Source: Prasinococcaceae sp. CCMP 1430 (Eukaryota; Plantae; Prasinodermophyta). Taken from it: 64,000 bases of DNA. A program made the translations under genes and the position numbers. Position 1 is the stretch's first letter, and every line of letters starts with the position of its first letter. Shown in pieces: positions 42,089-52,007 of the stretch. Location: positions 1-64,000 of the forward strand of contig RQSC01000869.1 of NCBI GenBank assembly GCA_013416795.1. Direction: 5' to 3'. The notes under the pieces are model-generated. The model was not told the DNA's origin, did not search any database, and saw only the letters and a list, made by a program, of their open reading frames with translations.

Positions 42089-45000
42089 TCACGACGTCTT
42101 GTCGGCCTCCGAGGCCTCGATGGCCTGGAGCTTCTCCCCCCTCGCGAGCGCCTGCAGGTCTTCGCAGAGCTTCGATTGCAACGGCACCATGCCGAACTCG
42201 TGCTCGGTGGAGAAGTGCTCCTGCAGCTGCTCCCACACGAACCACGCGCAGGTCTTCAGGTCCTTGAGGCCGAAGTGCGGGTAACTGTCCTTCGGGCGCA
42301 GCAGTTGGTCGAGCGAGCTCTTGAGCGACGCGTTCGGATGAAACTCGAGGCGCTCGATGATGCGCGCGGTGAGCAGCAGCATGGCGTTGGGCGCTACCAT
42401 GTGCTCCTCATACGCCTCCGCGCATTCTAAGAGCTTTAGGTAGCTGCCGGTGGCGGTCTGCAGCCAGATGACAGGAGGGGCCTTCTCGTCGCCGTAGTCC
42501 AGCGCCCAATCGGTCACAGTGAGCTGGATGTCCATCACACCATCGGGGCCGGGCTTGTAGTGCGGCGTCTGCTTCTTGCCTGCAGGGATGACCAGCTGCC
42601 CATGGATGGTGAGCTTGGTCCCAGGAGCCGTCTCGAAGACGTCGGGACCACGCTCCTTGCCCTCCTTGTCGCGCATGACGAAGTGGCGGATGAGGTAGTG
42701 CGCCGCGGCGCTATCCGAGTCCTCGTCGTCACCCAGCGCTAGCTGGAAGCGCTCGGGCACTGACGTCTCCCGCGCGAACTTCGCCTCACCCTCGCCGTCG
42801 TCGCTGTCGCTTTCCGCCTGGCGCGCCTTGCTGCCCTTGCCCTTCTTGCTCGGGGTCGGCTGCATGGCGTGCTCGATGCGCAGGCGGTGCACGTATCCGC
42901 GCGACACGCTGTTGAGCAGTGGGGCAGCACGATCCGAGAGCACCCAGGCGTGGTACGCCACCGCATTGAGGGTCTTGGAGGAGGCGACGTCCGCACGCCA
43001 CTGCGCCTGGTCCTCGGGAAAATCCCACACCGGCGCGACCTCCTCGGCCGCCTTCGAGCCCCTGCCGCGTTGCGGCCGGCCGCTCCTCGACGCGTCATCC
43101 AGGGCGCAAGCCTTTCGCAGCACGTGGTCGTCGCCATTGTGGAGCGCGCGCCACCACACGCGCACCTCCACGTCGGTCTCCTCCTCGATCTCAAGCTCGT
43201 CCTCGGACTCCTCGCCGTCGTCCTGGTCGCCCTCCTCGGACGGCCCGCCCTCACCGCCCTCGCCGTCGCCCGCTCCCTTGGCGTCCTCATCCATCGGGAC
43301 GGGCTCGGGGTCTTTGCCGTCGTTTTCGACCTCCATGATCAGCATCTCCGCCGACAGCAGCGACTCCTTGAGCTGCTTGAGCGTGCTCGCCGCTTTCGTG
43401 CTCTGACGCAAGCTCTGCGTCGCATCGGCGGCCTCCAGCATGCCATCGATGACCTGCACAGTCGCGCGTACGCACGCGGAGTCCTTGTCGCTGCCGCGCG
43501 AGCCGCCGACGGCCGCGCCCGCGCGCCTCGCGTAGGGCGACCGCCCAGGCGAGAACGCCCCTGCCGCCGATCCACCAGCCGCCTTGAGGGGTGTGCCGGC
43601 CGGGGCGCCGTTGGCAGAGGCAGGCTCGTCCGCGCGGCGCAGGTACGTCTTCAGACGGCCGTGCACACGCTGCAGCTCCTCCTTGAGCGCGCGCTCCTGC
43701 ACGCCGCGGTGGTCCAAGTACTTGATGAGCTTGTCGACCTCCGCGATGGAGGTGTACCTGCCCCACTTGCCCTCGGCGCTCTCGACGAAGATGCACGACC
43801 TGTCAGATGCGAGCCACCAGTAGCGGTTTGAGTTGCGATCCATGCCCAGCGGGTCGGAGCGCACAGCGACAGCCTGCATCTTCCTCTCGACCTCAGCAGC
43901 CTCGCGATTCCTCTCGGCGGCGGCGAAAGCGCGCTCGCGCGCCGCGCCAGCAGCCCGTTCTTCCGCCTCGCGCTCCTTGCGCTCTTGCTCCTCTCTCGCG
44001 CGCTTGCTCTCCATTGCCTCGCGCTGCGACTCGAGCCTCTCCTTCTCGCGCTGCCGCCTGTGCCACTCGGTGCGCCGGCGCGACAAGTCCGCCTCCATGT
44101 CGCTGACTTTCTTCCTGTGGGCGAGTAAAGCCTTGCGATCACCCGGGTCACCGCGGAAGATACGCACCTCCTCATCGAGTTCGTCCGGGGGGCACTCCTC
44201 TTCCTCCTCCTCCTCCTCCTCTTCCTCCTCTTCATAGTCGCCGTCCTCCTCCTCCTCCTCGTCCTCCTCCTCGGCCGCCTTGGCGGCCTCCCTGGCGGCC
44301 TTCTTCTCCTCATCTTCCTGTTTCTTCTGCTTCGCCTTCTCGCGCACGTTGTGCCACTGCTCAGCAGAGATCGCGTGCGCAGCGTCAATGCGCTCCTGGA
44401 TCGCGTGCCTCAAGGAGGCCGTGCCCACGCAGTCGTCAAAGAGGGCCTGGAGCAGCGCCACGTGGCGCTCGGCGCTCAGAGAGTGCCACGCAGACTTGCC
44501 GAGGGCCTCAGCGGACGCGAACGCGTTGACGGCGCCGCGCACCGCCGCAGCCTCCCGATGGATGCGCGACGTCGGGCCAGCGAGCACGAATCGGCGCGCG
44601 AGCTCAGGCCAGGTGTGCTTGTTCAGCACACGCTTCCAGCGAGGGGGCGCCTCCAGCACGCCATCCATCCCCGCGAACTCGCCGTCCCCCAGCAGAAGGG
44701 CGAGGATGCCCTCGTATAAGTGCGGCACGATCGACGAGCCCTCCGGGCTCGCGAGAGCCTCCTGCAGCACCAACAGCTCGGGCTTCTCAGGCAGCGTTGG
44801 ACAGGACTCGCCGAAGAACTCGAGGAACTCCCAGAGAGCCATCGAGCTGGGCAGCGTCTCGCCCGTGGTGTCCTTCGCGGGCTTGGGCCACGCTGGCTCC
44901 CTGGGCGGTTTCTCACCGCGAGCGATGATAGCCTCGCGCTCGGCCTTTCGCTCCTCTTCGAGCTGGGCCTCGCCGATCGGGTAGCGCTTCGCGGCCTCGC

Positions 45001-46375
45001 GCGCTGCCGCCTCGGCCGCCTTGCGCTCCTCGAGGGCCTTCTTCTCCGCCTCGCGCTTCTCGGCCCTGAGCTGCTTCTCGACCTCCTTCTGCGCCTCTCG
45101 CTCCTCGCGGCGCCTGGCCCACTCGGCCTCCCGCTCCTTCCTCCGCTCGGCCTTCTCAAACTCCTTCTGCAGGCGCATCTCCTCCCTCTCGCGCCACTTG
45201 GTCAGCTGCCGCTTGAGGGCGGGAAGGGTGGTGCCCTTCGGGATCCCACCGAGCTTCTGGATCTGGTCCAAGATATCGTTCTTCGACATCTTGGCCAGAG
45301 GCTCCCACTCCTTCTTCGGAGCCTTCTTCTTCTTGGGGGTCTTTTTCTTCACGCCCCCTTCGCCTCCGCCCTTCTTCTTGGGCGTGCCCTTGAGGACCTC
45401 CAGGGTGACCTCGAACGCAGCCCCACCCTTGGCGCGCTTGGCAGCGGCCTCCTCCGCGGCCTTCTCCTCGCGGGCGCGCTTGGCAGCACGCTTCGCCTCT
45501 GCGGCGGCCTCTCGCTCCGCTTTCGCCTTGGCCGCGGCTTCTTCCTTCGCTTTCTCGGCCATGGCCTTCTCGAACGCGGGCTTGAGGTCGGCGGGCACGT
45601 CCAATGGGATACCGTGCTCGGCGGCGACGAGCTCTTTGACGCTCCACCAAGTGACGGGCTTCGTCGGCGCCACGGCGTACACGCGCGCGATGTTGGCCAT
45701 CATCTGGCGGTTGATGACGCCGCGCGGGCGGTGCATCTGACTCGCAGGCACTATGTCACCCTCGGTCTCCTCTGGCTCCTCCCCCTCGGCGAGCTCGGCC
45801 CACTTCACCTCGTATAGGTCGGCGGCATCCTTGCGCTCCACGATGCGGAATTTGCGCTTCGCGCTCTTGCTCGGCGTGACGCCCTCGTTCTCCTTGCCCT
45901 CCTCGGCGGCCTTGGCGGCGGCCTCGGCGGCCGCCGCGGCGTTCGCGCCGGTGTGAATTTTGACGATCTCGCCGATCAGATTGTCCTCGCCCTTGCCGCG
46001 CGCCACGATGACCTCCTCGCCGATGAAGTACCTCTCGAACATCGTATCGTAGATGCTGTCCACGAGGGTGTCAAGCTTGGTGGCGGTGTTGTACTGCACT
46101 GTGCGCAGGATCGGCGCGATGATCCATTCGGGGTACGCGGCGATCTCGGCCTTGGCGCCCTCCTCGGACATGAGCGCCTCCTCGTAGGTTAGGGCGCGCG
46201 TGCCCGTCACACCGCACGTCCACACGCGCTGGCGGTAGAGCTCCATCTGCGCGGCGTACTGATCGTAGTCGGTGAACACCTCATCTGTGAAGCGCACGCG
46301 GAAGGTGGGCGCGCCTTTCGCCAGCCCTTCGGGCGGCGCGAGCGTCTCAAACGCGGTGCGCTTGAAAAGAGGCAT
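42089..46375 (-). CDS. ACF1/BAZ1A-like ISWI partner (WAC, DDT, WHIM1, WSD) with C-terminal DNMT1-RFTS-like domain
   Basis: WAC MPLFKR..VRFTDEVFTDYDQY..Y..RVWTCGVTG...LTYEEAL; DDT LWEFLEFF; WHIM1 WHSLSAERHVALLQAL; WSD VRSDPLGMDRNSNRYW..FVE..GKWGRY..VDKLIKYLDHRGVQERAL. Confidence 0.85.
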   Translation of the reverse strand: MPLFKRTAFETLAPPEGLAKGAPTFRVRFTDEVFTDYDQYAAQMELYRQRVWTCGVTGTRALTYEEALMSEEGAKAEIAAYPEWIIAPILRTVQYNTATKLDTLVDSIYDTMFERYFIGEEVIVARGKGEDNLIGEIVKIHTGANAAAAAEAAAKAAEEGKENEGVTPSKSAKRKFRIVERKDAADLYEVKWAELAEGEEPEETEGDIVPASQMHRPRGVINRQMMANIARVYAVAPTKPVTWWSVKELVAAEHGIPLDVPADLKPAFEKAMAEKAKEEAAAKAKAEREAAAEAKRAAKRAREEKAAEEAAAKRAKGGAAFEVTLEVLKGTPKKKGGGEGGVKKKTPKKKKAPKKEWEPLAKMSKNDILDQIQKLGGIPKGTTLPALKRQLTKWREREEMRLQKEFEKAERRKEREAEWARRREEREAQKEVEKQLRAEKREAEKKALEERKAAEAAAREAAKRYPIGEAQLEEERKAEREAIIARGEKPPREPAWPKPAKDTTGETLPSSMALWEFLEFFGESCPTLPEKPELLVLQEALASPEGSSIVPHLYEGILALLLGDGEFAGMDGVLEAPPRWKRVLNKHTWPELARRFVLAGPTSRIHREAAAVRGAVNAFASAEALGKSAWHSLSAERHVALLQALFDDCVGTASLRHAIQERIDAAHAISAEQWHNVREKAKQKKQEDEEKKAAREAAKAAEEEDEEEEEDGDYEEEEEEEEEEEEECPPDELDEEVRIFRGDPGDRKALLAHRKKVSDMEADLSRRRTEWHRRQREKERLESQREAMESKRAREEQERKEREAEERAAGAARERAFAAAERNREAAEVERKMQAVAVRSDPLGMDRNSNRYWWLASDRSCIFVESAEGKWGRYTSIAEVDKLIKYLDHRGVQERALKEELQRVHGRLKTYLRRADEPASANGAPAGTPLKAAGGSAAGAFSPGRSPYARRAGAAVGGSRGSDKDSACVRATVQVIDGMLEAADATQSLRQSTKAASTLKQLKESLLSAEMLIMEVENDGKDPEPVPMDEDAKGAGDGEGGEGGPSEEGDQDDGEESEDELEIEEETDVEVRVWWRALHNGDDHVLRKACALDDASRSGRPQRGRGSKAAEEVAPVWDFPEDQAQWRADVASSKTLNAVAYHAWVLSDRAAPLLNSVSRGYVHRLRIEHAMQPTPSKKGKGSKARQAESDSDDGEGEAKFARETSVPERFQLALGDDEDSDSAAAHYLIRHFVMRDKEGKERGPDVFETAPGTKLTIHGQLVIPAGKKQTPHYKPGPDGVMDIQLTVTDWALDYGDEKAPPVIWLQTATGSYLKLLECAEAYEEHMVAPNAMLLLTARIIERLEFHPNASLKSSLDQLLRPKDSYPHFGLKDLKTCAWFVWEQLQEHFSTEHEFGMVPLQSKLCEDLQALARGEKLQAIEASEADKTS

Positions 46376-46560
46376 GGTGGCCACGCCCTCCCTGCGCCTG
46401 CAGTGGGCGCGCCGCAAAAAACGACGGCGGCCAGCGAGGGGCAGGCGAGCGAGCGCGTCGCCGTCCCAGGCGCGGCGGGCAGCGGCCGGTCAGCTCCAGC
46501 TCGCAGGCGTGCAACCCATCGGCGGCGCTCACCCCCGAGGCCCGCGCGCGCTGCGCGCCC

Positions 46561-46561
46561 N
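46561..46561. other. Ambiguous base (N), probable contig or scaffold junction
   Basis: Single n in the sequence; a coding-like ORF runs into it. Confidence 0.8.
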
Positions 46562-46782
46562 CGCGACGAGCCGTCGTCTGTGGCGTCGTCGTCCACTCCA
46601 TCAGGATCCGCCTCCGCTAGGATGCGTTCGACCAGTTCCTCGTCGGCCTGTGACAGTGAGCCAACGAACACGCTCTTCACCAGGAGCGCGTTACGACGGA
46701 GGATGTCCTTCGGATCGGCCTCCGAGGCACCCACATCGCCCCATCCCGTCCCCTGCTCTCCGCTCCCGCTCCCGCGGCCCAT
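46562..46782 (-). CDS. 5' fragment of an unidentified protein truncated at the N
   Basis: ATG at 46782; MGRGSG..EADPKDILRRNALLVKSVFVGSLSQADEELVERILAEADPDGVDDD; coding-like composition ends at the N. Confidence 0.4.
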
Positions 46783-46896
46783 GCGACCGAGACCGAATTT
46801 AGGGCTGCGGGCCCACCTGCCTGCCAGTCCGGATTTCGATTTTTCGAATCGCGCGCAGGGGCGGAGCGAACTCCGGCGGGGCGGGGGTGCGGGGCG

Positions 46897-46917
46897 GGGT
46901 TTCGGGTTAAGGTTTGG
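46897..46917 (-). promoter_or_regulatory. 21-bp telo-box-like promoter motif CCAAACCTTAACCCGAAACCC (copy 1)
   Basis: 20/21 identical to 50782-50802; lies in a divergent intergenic region upstream of OAT. Confidence 0.5.
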
Positions 46918-47241
46918 GTTTGGGGTGAGAGGACGTAGGGTGCAAGACGGGACGTGCACGTGCAAAGCCTGGGCGTGCGGACGCGCGCGCGAACGCGGCT
47001 GGCGCGGGGCGCTTCCCCATTCGCGGCCCAGTCAGGGGCGCGTCCCGCCGCGCGGAGCGAGACGTCGTCCAGGGCGGGGGGGAAGCAGGCGGCGGGGCGG
47101 CGCCACAGGGCGCACGCCACGGCTGCTGCGGAGTAGAGTGCCCGCGCAGAGTAGAGCGCCTGCAGTGGGTGCGCGAAGGAGGCCCGCGGGGGAGCGGAAA
47201 GGGGCGGAGCGGGAGCGGCAGGCCAGGCGCTGGCGGCGGCG

Positions 47242-48957
47242 ATGGCGGCGCGCGCGCGTGCGGCCGCAGCGCGTGCGTCATCATCGGTGCGCACGGCGGC
47301 GGCAGCGCGTGCATCGTCATCGGCGGCGGCCGCAAAGCCAAAACAGGCGATGCCGGCACAGGAGGCGGGCGCCGGCGAGGCAGCCTCGGACGTCACCGCG
47401 CTCGAGGCCGAGCTCCTCAGAAAAGAGGCCGCGCACGGAGCGCAGAACTATCCGCCCGCGCCGGTGGTGATCTCTCGCGCGCGGGGGGCCACGGTGTGGG
47501 ACGTGCGCGGCCGCCGCTTCTTCGACTTCCTGGCAGGCTACTCGGCAGTGAGTCAGGGTCACTGCCACCCACGCATCATCTCCGCGCTGTCGGAGCAGGC
47601 GAAAACGTGCACGCTCACCTCGCGCGCCTTCCACAACGACAAGTGGCCGCTGCTCGCGGAGCACCTCTCGCGCGCGCTCGGCTACGAGGCTGCGCTGCCA
47701 ATGAACAGCGGCGCCGAAGCGGTGGAGACTGCCGTCAAGCTGGCCAAGAAGTGGGCCTTTGAGGTAAAGGGCGTTGCAGACGGCGAGCAGCTCATCGCGT
47801 CGGCCTGCGGCTGCTTTCATGGCCGCACCGCTGCCGCCATATCGATGAGCTGCGACCCCGACGCCACGACGGGTTTCGCGCCGCTGCTGCCGGGCACGGT
47901 GAAGGTGCCCTTTGGCGACGCTGAGGCACTCCGCGGCGCGCTCGAGCGCTTCGGGGAGCGCATAGCCGCCTTTGTTGTGGAGCCCATCCAGGGCGAGGGC
48001 GGCGTCGTGTTGCCACCTGAGGGCTATTTCGCCGAGGTGCGTCGCCTGTGCGATCGACACAACGTGCTCCTCGTCGCCGACGAGGTCCAGACCGGTCTCG
48101 GCCGCACCGGGCACATGCTCGCCATCGAGGCTGAGGGTGTGCGCCCCGACGTGGTCGTGCTCGGCAAGGCGCTCAGTGGTGGCGTGCTGCCCGTCTCTGC
48201 GGTCGTTGCAGACTGGCGTGTGATGAACAGCATCAAGCCCGGCGAGCACGGCTCGACCTTTGGTGGCTCGCCGCTGGGCGCGGCGGTTGCGCTCGAGGCG
48301 CTCAAGGTGCTTCAGGACGAGAGGCTGGTTGAGAGGTCGGCAGAGGTGCGCAGGACAAAGCGGGTGCACGCTGCGCGCGGCCATGTGAGCGCCCGCCCCA
48401 ACGTGCGTCGCTGAAATGCCGCGATGCTGACGCTTTCATGCGTGCCGCCGACGCCGCCTCAAACACTCTATACCTCAAAGCTGGGCGAGGTCATGCTCGA
48501 GCGATTGTCCTCCATCGCCACAAAGGACGCCTCTGCGGCTGCATCAAGCTCGCGCCCTGCACTCGTATTGGAACAGCGCGGACGCGGCCTGTTTGCTGCG
48601 GTTGACGTGGGTGGCGCACCGCATGTGAATGCATACGATGCGTGCGACCTACTGCGCGAGCGTGGAGTGCTCACAAAGCCCACCCAGCGCAACACCATCC
48701 GGCTGGCACCACCACTGGTCATCGCCGAGGAAGAGCTCGCGCACGCCATGGACCAGTTCGAGGCGGTCTTCCTCTCAGATCTGCCCGCGCTCTACGAGCG
48801 GCGCAGGCGCGAAGTCGTGACTAACGGCGAGGTGACCAAGTTCGCTGCACCTGCTCCGCGCCCTTGCAATCGCTGTGGAAAGGACCTCGAGTCCGCGGAC
48901 GCCTGTCACGGCAACTGGGACTTCCCTGCTGAGCACTTCAAGCCAGCCTACCATTGA
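47242..48957 (+). CDS. OAT: Ornithine delta-aminotransferase (class III PLP); exons 47242-48345, 48481-48957
   Basis: GAQNYPPAPVVISRARGATVWDV.GRRFFDFLAGYSAVSQGHCHP; MNSGAEAVETAVKLAKKW; FVVEPIQGEGG; ADEVQTGLGRTG; PLP Lys in LGKALSGG; HGSTFGG; N-terminal transit-like peptide. Confidence 0.95.
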
Positions 48958-49133
48958 GAGGGTGACCAGCAGAATCTGCATGCGTGCACTCACCACACCA
49001 GTGCAACGGGAGCGACCACGAAGCATGGGCGCAGCGAAGCACCCATCACTCCCCGGCGTGCAGCTGGTCTTTGCAACGGACAAATACAAGTCGTGCGTGC
49101 CCGTAAGGATTGGATCGCCATCTTACGACTCGC

Positions 49134-50570
49134 TCACACGCGCACCAGCCTGGCCACGAAGATGCCGTCGAGTCCACCCGAAGCCGCCGAGTGCTGCGGC
49201 AGGAAGCGCAAGTCGCCTTGTGCGGTCAGCGCCTCGTCTGCCGCCAAAGGTGCCTCGTCCGGGGTGATGGCCTGGCGCCTCCAACCTGTGTTCTCCGACA
49301 GAAACCAATCAACTTGGTCCTCGCACTCAGCCGGCAGAATCGAGCATGTGACATACAGCAGCACCGCATCCGACTCAGGCGTAGTCATATCGGCCGCCGC
49401 CAACAACAGCTCCCTCTGCAGCGCGCAGAGCCGCGACACGTCCCGTGGCTGCAGCTGATAGGCAATGTTCGGGTGCCTTCGCAGCGTGCCCGTTGCAGAG
49501 CACGGTGCATCCAGCAGCACCGCGTCCGCAGTCCCCACACTGTCCTCGTCGTCAAGCGCCCGCGCGTCGCACACCTTCACCCGCACGCGGTCCTCAATTT
49601 TTAGGCGCTCGAGGTTGCGTCGCAGCAGTCGCGCGCGTCGAGCGCTGCTATCAATGGCAGTGACACGCACGGCTGTCTCATCGCTCTCGGTCCCTGCGCC
49701 AGTGTTGGCCAGCGCGCACGCGAGCTGCATGGTCTTCCCTCCGGGCGCGGCGCAGAGGTCAATGACGCTCCTCGGAGCATTCACGAGTGCGAGAGGCGCC
49801 GCACTCGCCGCCGCTGCGCCCTGCACCCACCAAGCGCCCTGCTCAAATCCTGGCATGACGCGAACGTCGCCCGCACCCGCACGGAGCCGCACGGTGTTTC
49901 CGGCGAGCACTTTCCCGCCGAGTTTGGCCGCCCACTCTGTCACCGGCTCGCCAGCACGGACGCTTATGTCCAGACACGGCGCGCTCTGCAGCGACGCCTG
50001 CAGCTCGCCAGACGCCTCGCCGTAGGCATCCGCGAGGGCTGTCGACAGCCAGTCGGGAAGGTCATCCTCATGGCCGTCGGCTTCCATGGACGCGAGGAGT
50101 TCCGAACGACGCTCGGCAATGGTCTTGACGGCCTTCCACACCAGACTCTTGGACGAAGCAAACCCCTGACGCGTCGCGAGGGCGGTCGTCTCATTCACAG
50201 CCGCATACTCTGGGGTGTCCAAGACCAGTAGCTGGACGGCGCCCAGGCGGATGATGTTTGCGAGACGCCCGCGGCCGCCGTTCGGCACCTTCACGCCCGC
50301 CCGAAGGATGGCTCTATCCACGGCAGCAAGCTTCCTGAGCGTCTCCGTTGCCAGCTTCCGAGCGAACTTGCGGCGCTGGGGCTTGAGCTCGGACAGCTGC
50401 GTGGCGGCGAGCGCCGCGTCGAGCGGAGCGCCCTCCTCGAGCGTCGCGCAGACAGCATCAAGCGCGATTGAGCGCGCGTCGGCGCGGCGATCCTCCCCCG
50501 CCTCGCCGCCGTCGCCACCCGGAGGCGCGGCGCGGCCGCGACGCCCGCTCCGACCCCCGCGGCCGCGAAG
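49134..50570 (-). CDS. rsmB: RsmB/Sun-type rRNA m5C methyltransferase (NusB-like plus SAM domain); start unresolved
   Basis: VIDLCAAPGGKTMQL; VLLDAPCSATGTLRRHP; YVTCSILPAE.EDQV; GGLDGIFVARL. The NusB-like N-terminus reads in frame back to a stop at 50573-50571; the nearest ATG (50590) is out of frame. Confidence 0.88.
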   Translation of the reverse strand, partial: LRGRGGRSGRRGRAAPPGGDGGEAGEDRRADARSIALDAVCATLEEGAPLDAALAATQLSELKPQRRKFARKLATETLRKLAAVDRAILRAGVKVPNGGRGRLANIIRLGAVQLLVLDTPEYAAVNETTALATRQGFASSKSLVWKAVKTIAERRSELLASMEADGHEDDLPDWLSTALADAYGEASGELQASLQSAPCLDISVRAGEPVTEWAAKLGGKVLAGNTVRLRAGAGDVRVMPGFEQGAWWVQGAAAASAAPLALVNAPRSVIDLCAAPGGKTMQLACALANTGAGTESDETAVRVTAIDSSARRARLLRRNLERLKIEDRVRVKVCDARALDDEDSVGTADAVLLDAPCSATGTLRRHPNIAYQLQPRDVSRLCALQRELLLAAADMTTPESDAVLLYVTCSILPAECEDQVDWFLSENTGWRRQAITPDEAPLAADEALTAQGDLRFLPQHSAASGGLDGIFVARLVRV

Positions 50571-50781
50571 TCACCGACTGACGCGCCCATCGAGCCCGTC
50601 TCGCCCACTGAGCCCCCCACCGCTGAGCGCGCGCAGTGTGTCGCGCCACGCCACGTCAGCCGCCGCTCGCGCCTGCGCGTGCGATTTGACCAAAAATAAC
50701 AGACCCTACAAGAGCACAGCGGATTTTGAATTCATATTTGACTCGATTTTCGGAGCGGTGCCATACCCTAAAAGCGTGCGT

Positions 50782-50802
50782 CCAAACCTTAACCCAAAAC
50801 CC
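50782..50802 (+). promoter_or_regulatory. 21-bp telo-box-like promoter motif CCAAACCTTAACCCAAAACCC (copy 2)
   Basis: Between divergent rsmB and trmH; preceded by ATACCCTAAAA near 50763. Confidence 0.5.
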
Positions 50803-50977
50803 TCGCCCTCGCGTCGGCCCGCTGGACGCACGCACGCGCACTCGCACGCGCAACGGGGTGGGGTGTGGGAGGGCGGCGCACAGCGGGTGGGCGAGGAGGT
50901 GCGTAAGGGGTTGATCGCCGGCTGCTTGCCACTAAGCACGCCTCTGGGAGGCCGTGGTGGAGACGGGCGCGCTCGCG

Positions 50978-51889
50978 ATGAGCGGAGCCACGGCGACGGC
51001 CGCAGTGGCGGGCTCGAGTGCGGCAGGCGCCGCGCGGCGGCGGTGGCGGGAGCGCGCCCGTCTCCACCACGGCCTCCCAGAGGCAGCAGCGGCGCGGCGC
51101 GGGCGGGTGGGTCTGTCGCAGGCGCGGGCGGCGGCGGGTGCTGTCGGCGGCGCTCGGGGGCGCTTCCCGCACACGCTCGATAGCTTCCCGCTTGATGATC
51201 CCGCTTACACGCTTCGCGACCCGGAGGAGGTCGTTCGCCTGGCGTCGCAAGTGCTCTCGGCTGAGCGCCTCGAGCGTTTCGAGCGTGCCGCGGCGGGGCG
51301 CACGAATGCGGTGACGTGCGTCCTCGAGGGGCTGTACGACACAGGCAACGTCGCAGCGGTCTGCCGTAGCGCCGAAGCGCTCGGCGTGCACACGATTCAT
51401 ACCATCGATAGCTGCGAAAAGAGTAAGGTGTCGGCGCGTGCGGCGAGCGGCGCGGAGAAGTGGCTGCATCGGCAGCGGTGGCAGTCCACGGCGCCGTGCA
51501 TCGAGCGCCTCAAGGCAGACGGGTACAGAGTGGTGTGCACACACCTGAGTAGGGAGACGGTGCCCATCGGGGAGCTCGACTGGACACAACCTACGGCGGT
51601 GCTCTTTGGAAACGAGCACGCGGGTGCAAGCGACGAGGCTGTCGAGCTTGCGGACGCGTGCGTGTCGGTGCCCATGGACGGCCTAGTGGAGTCGTTCAAT
51701 GTGAGCGTCGCGGCTGCGCTGGTGTTCTACCACGCACGCCAGGATCGGCTGGCGCGGCAGGGTTTCCACGGCGACCTGAGTGAGGACGAGCGCCGCGCGC
51801 TGGTGGCCCACTTCTGTCTCCGCCATGACGCCTCATTCCCCGCCGTGCTCCGCAACCTGCTGCTCAGGGAGCAGCGCAGGGATCCGTAG
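50978..51889 (+). CDS. trmH: TrmH/SpoU tRNA (Gm18) 2'-O-methyltransferase
   Basis: VLEGLYDTGNVAAVCRSAEALGV (motif 1), VLFGNEHAG (motif 2), VSVPMDGLVESFNVSVAAAL (motif 3); TrmH-type N-terminus LSAERLERFERAAAGR. Confidence 0.92.
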   Translation: MSGATATAAVAGSSAAGAARRRWRERARLHHGLPEAAAARRGRVGLSQARAAAGAVGGARGRFPHTLDSFPLDDPAYTLRDPEEVVRLASQVLSAERLERFERAAAGRTNAVTCVLEGLYDTGNVAAVCRSAEALGVHTIHTIDSCEKSKVSARAASGAEKWLHRQRWQSTAPCIERLKADGYRVVCTHLSRETVPIGELDWTQPTAVLFGNEHAGASDEAVELADACVSVPMDGLVESFNVSVAAALVFYHARQDRLARQGFHGDLSEDERRALVAHFCLRHDASFPAVLRNLLLREQRRDP

Positions 51890-52007
51890 ACCGGAGGATG
51901 AGCTGAAGCCCTCGCCTCGTTGCCGACAAAGCTGGATAATTGGTGTACTGTACATGGTCTTATGCAGCAGACTACTACGTAGCTATCTAGAGATAGAGGT
52001 AGCAGTC

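Noticed and set aside
44200-44275. GAG/GAA repeat tract
   Set aside because: Ordinary acidic low-complexity linker in the BAZ1-like protein.
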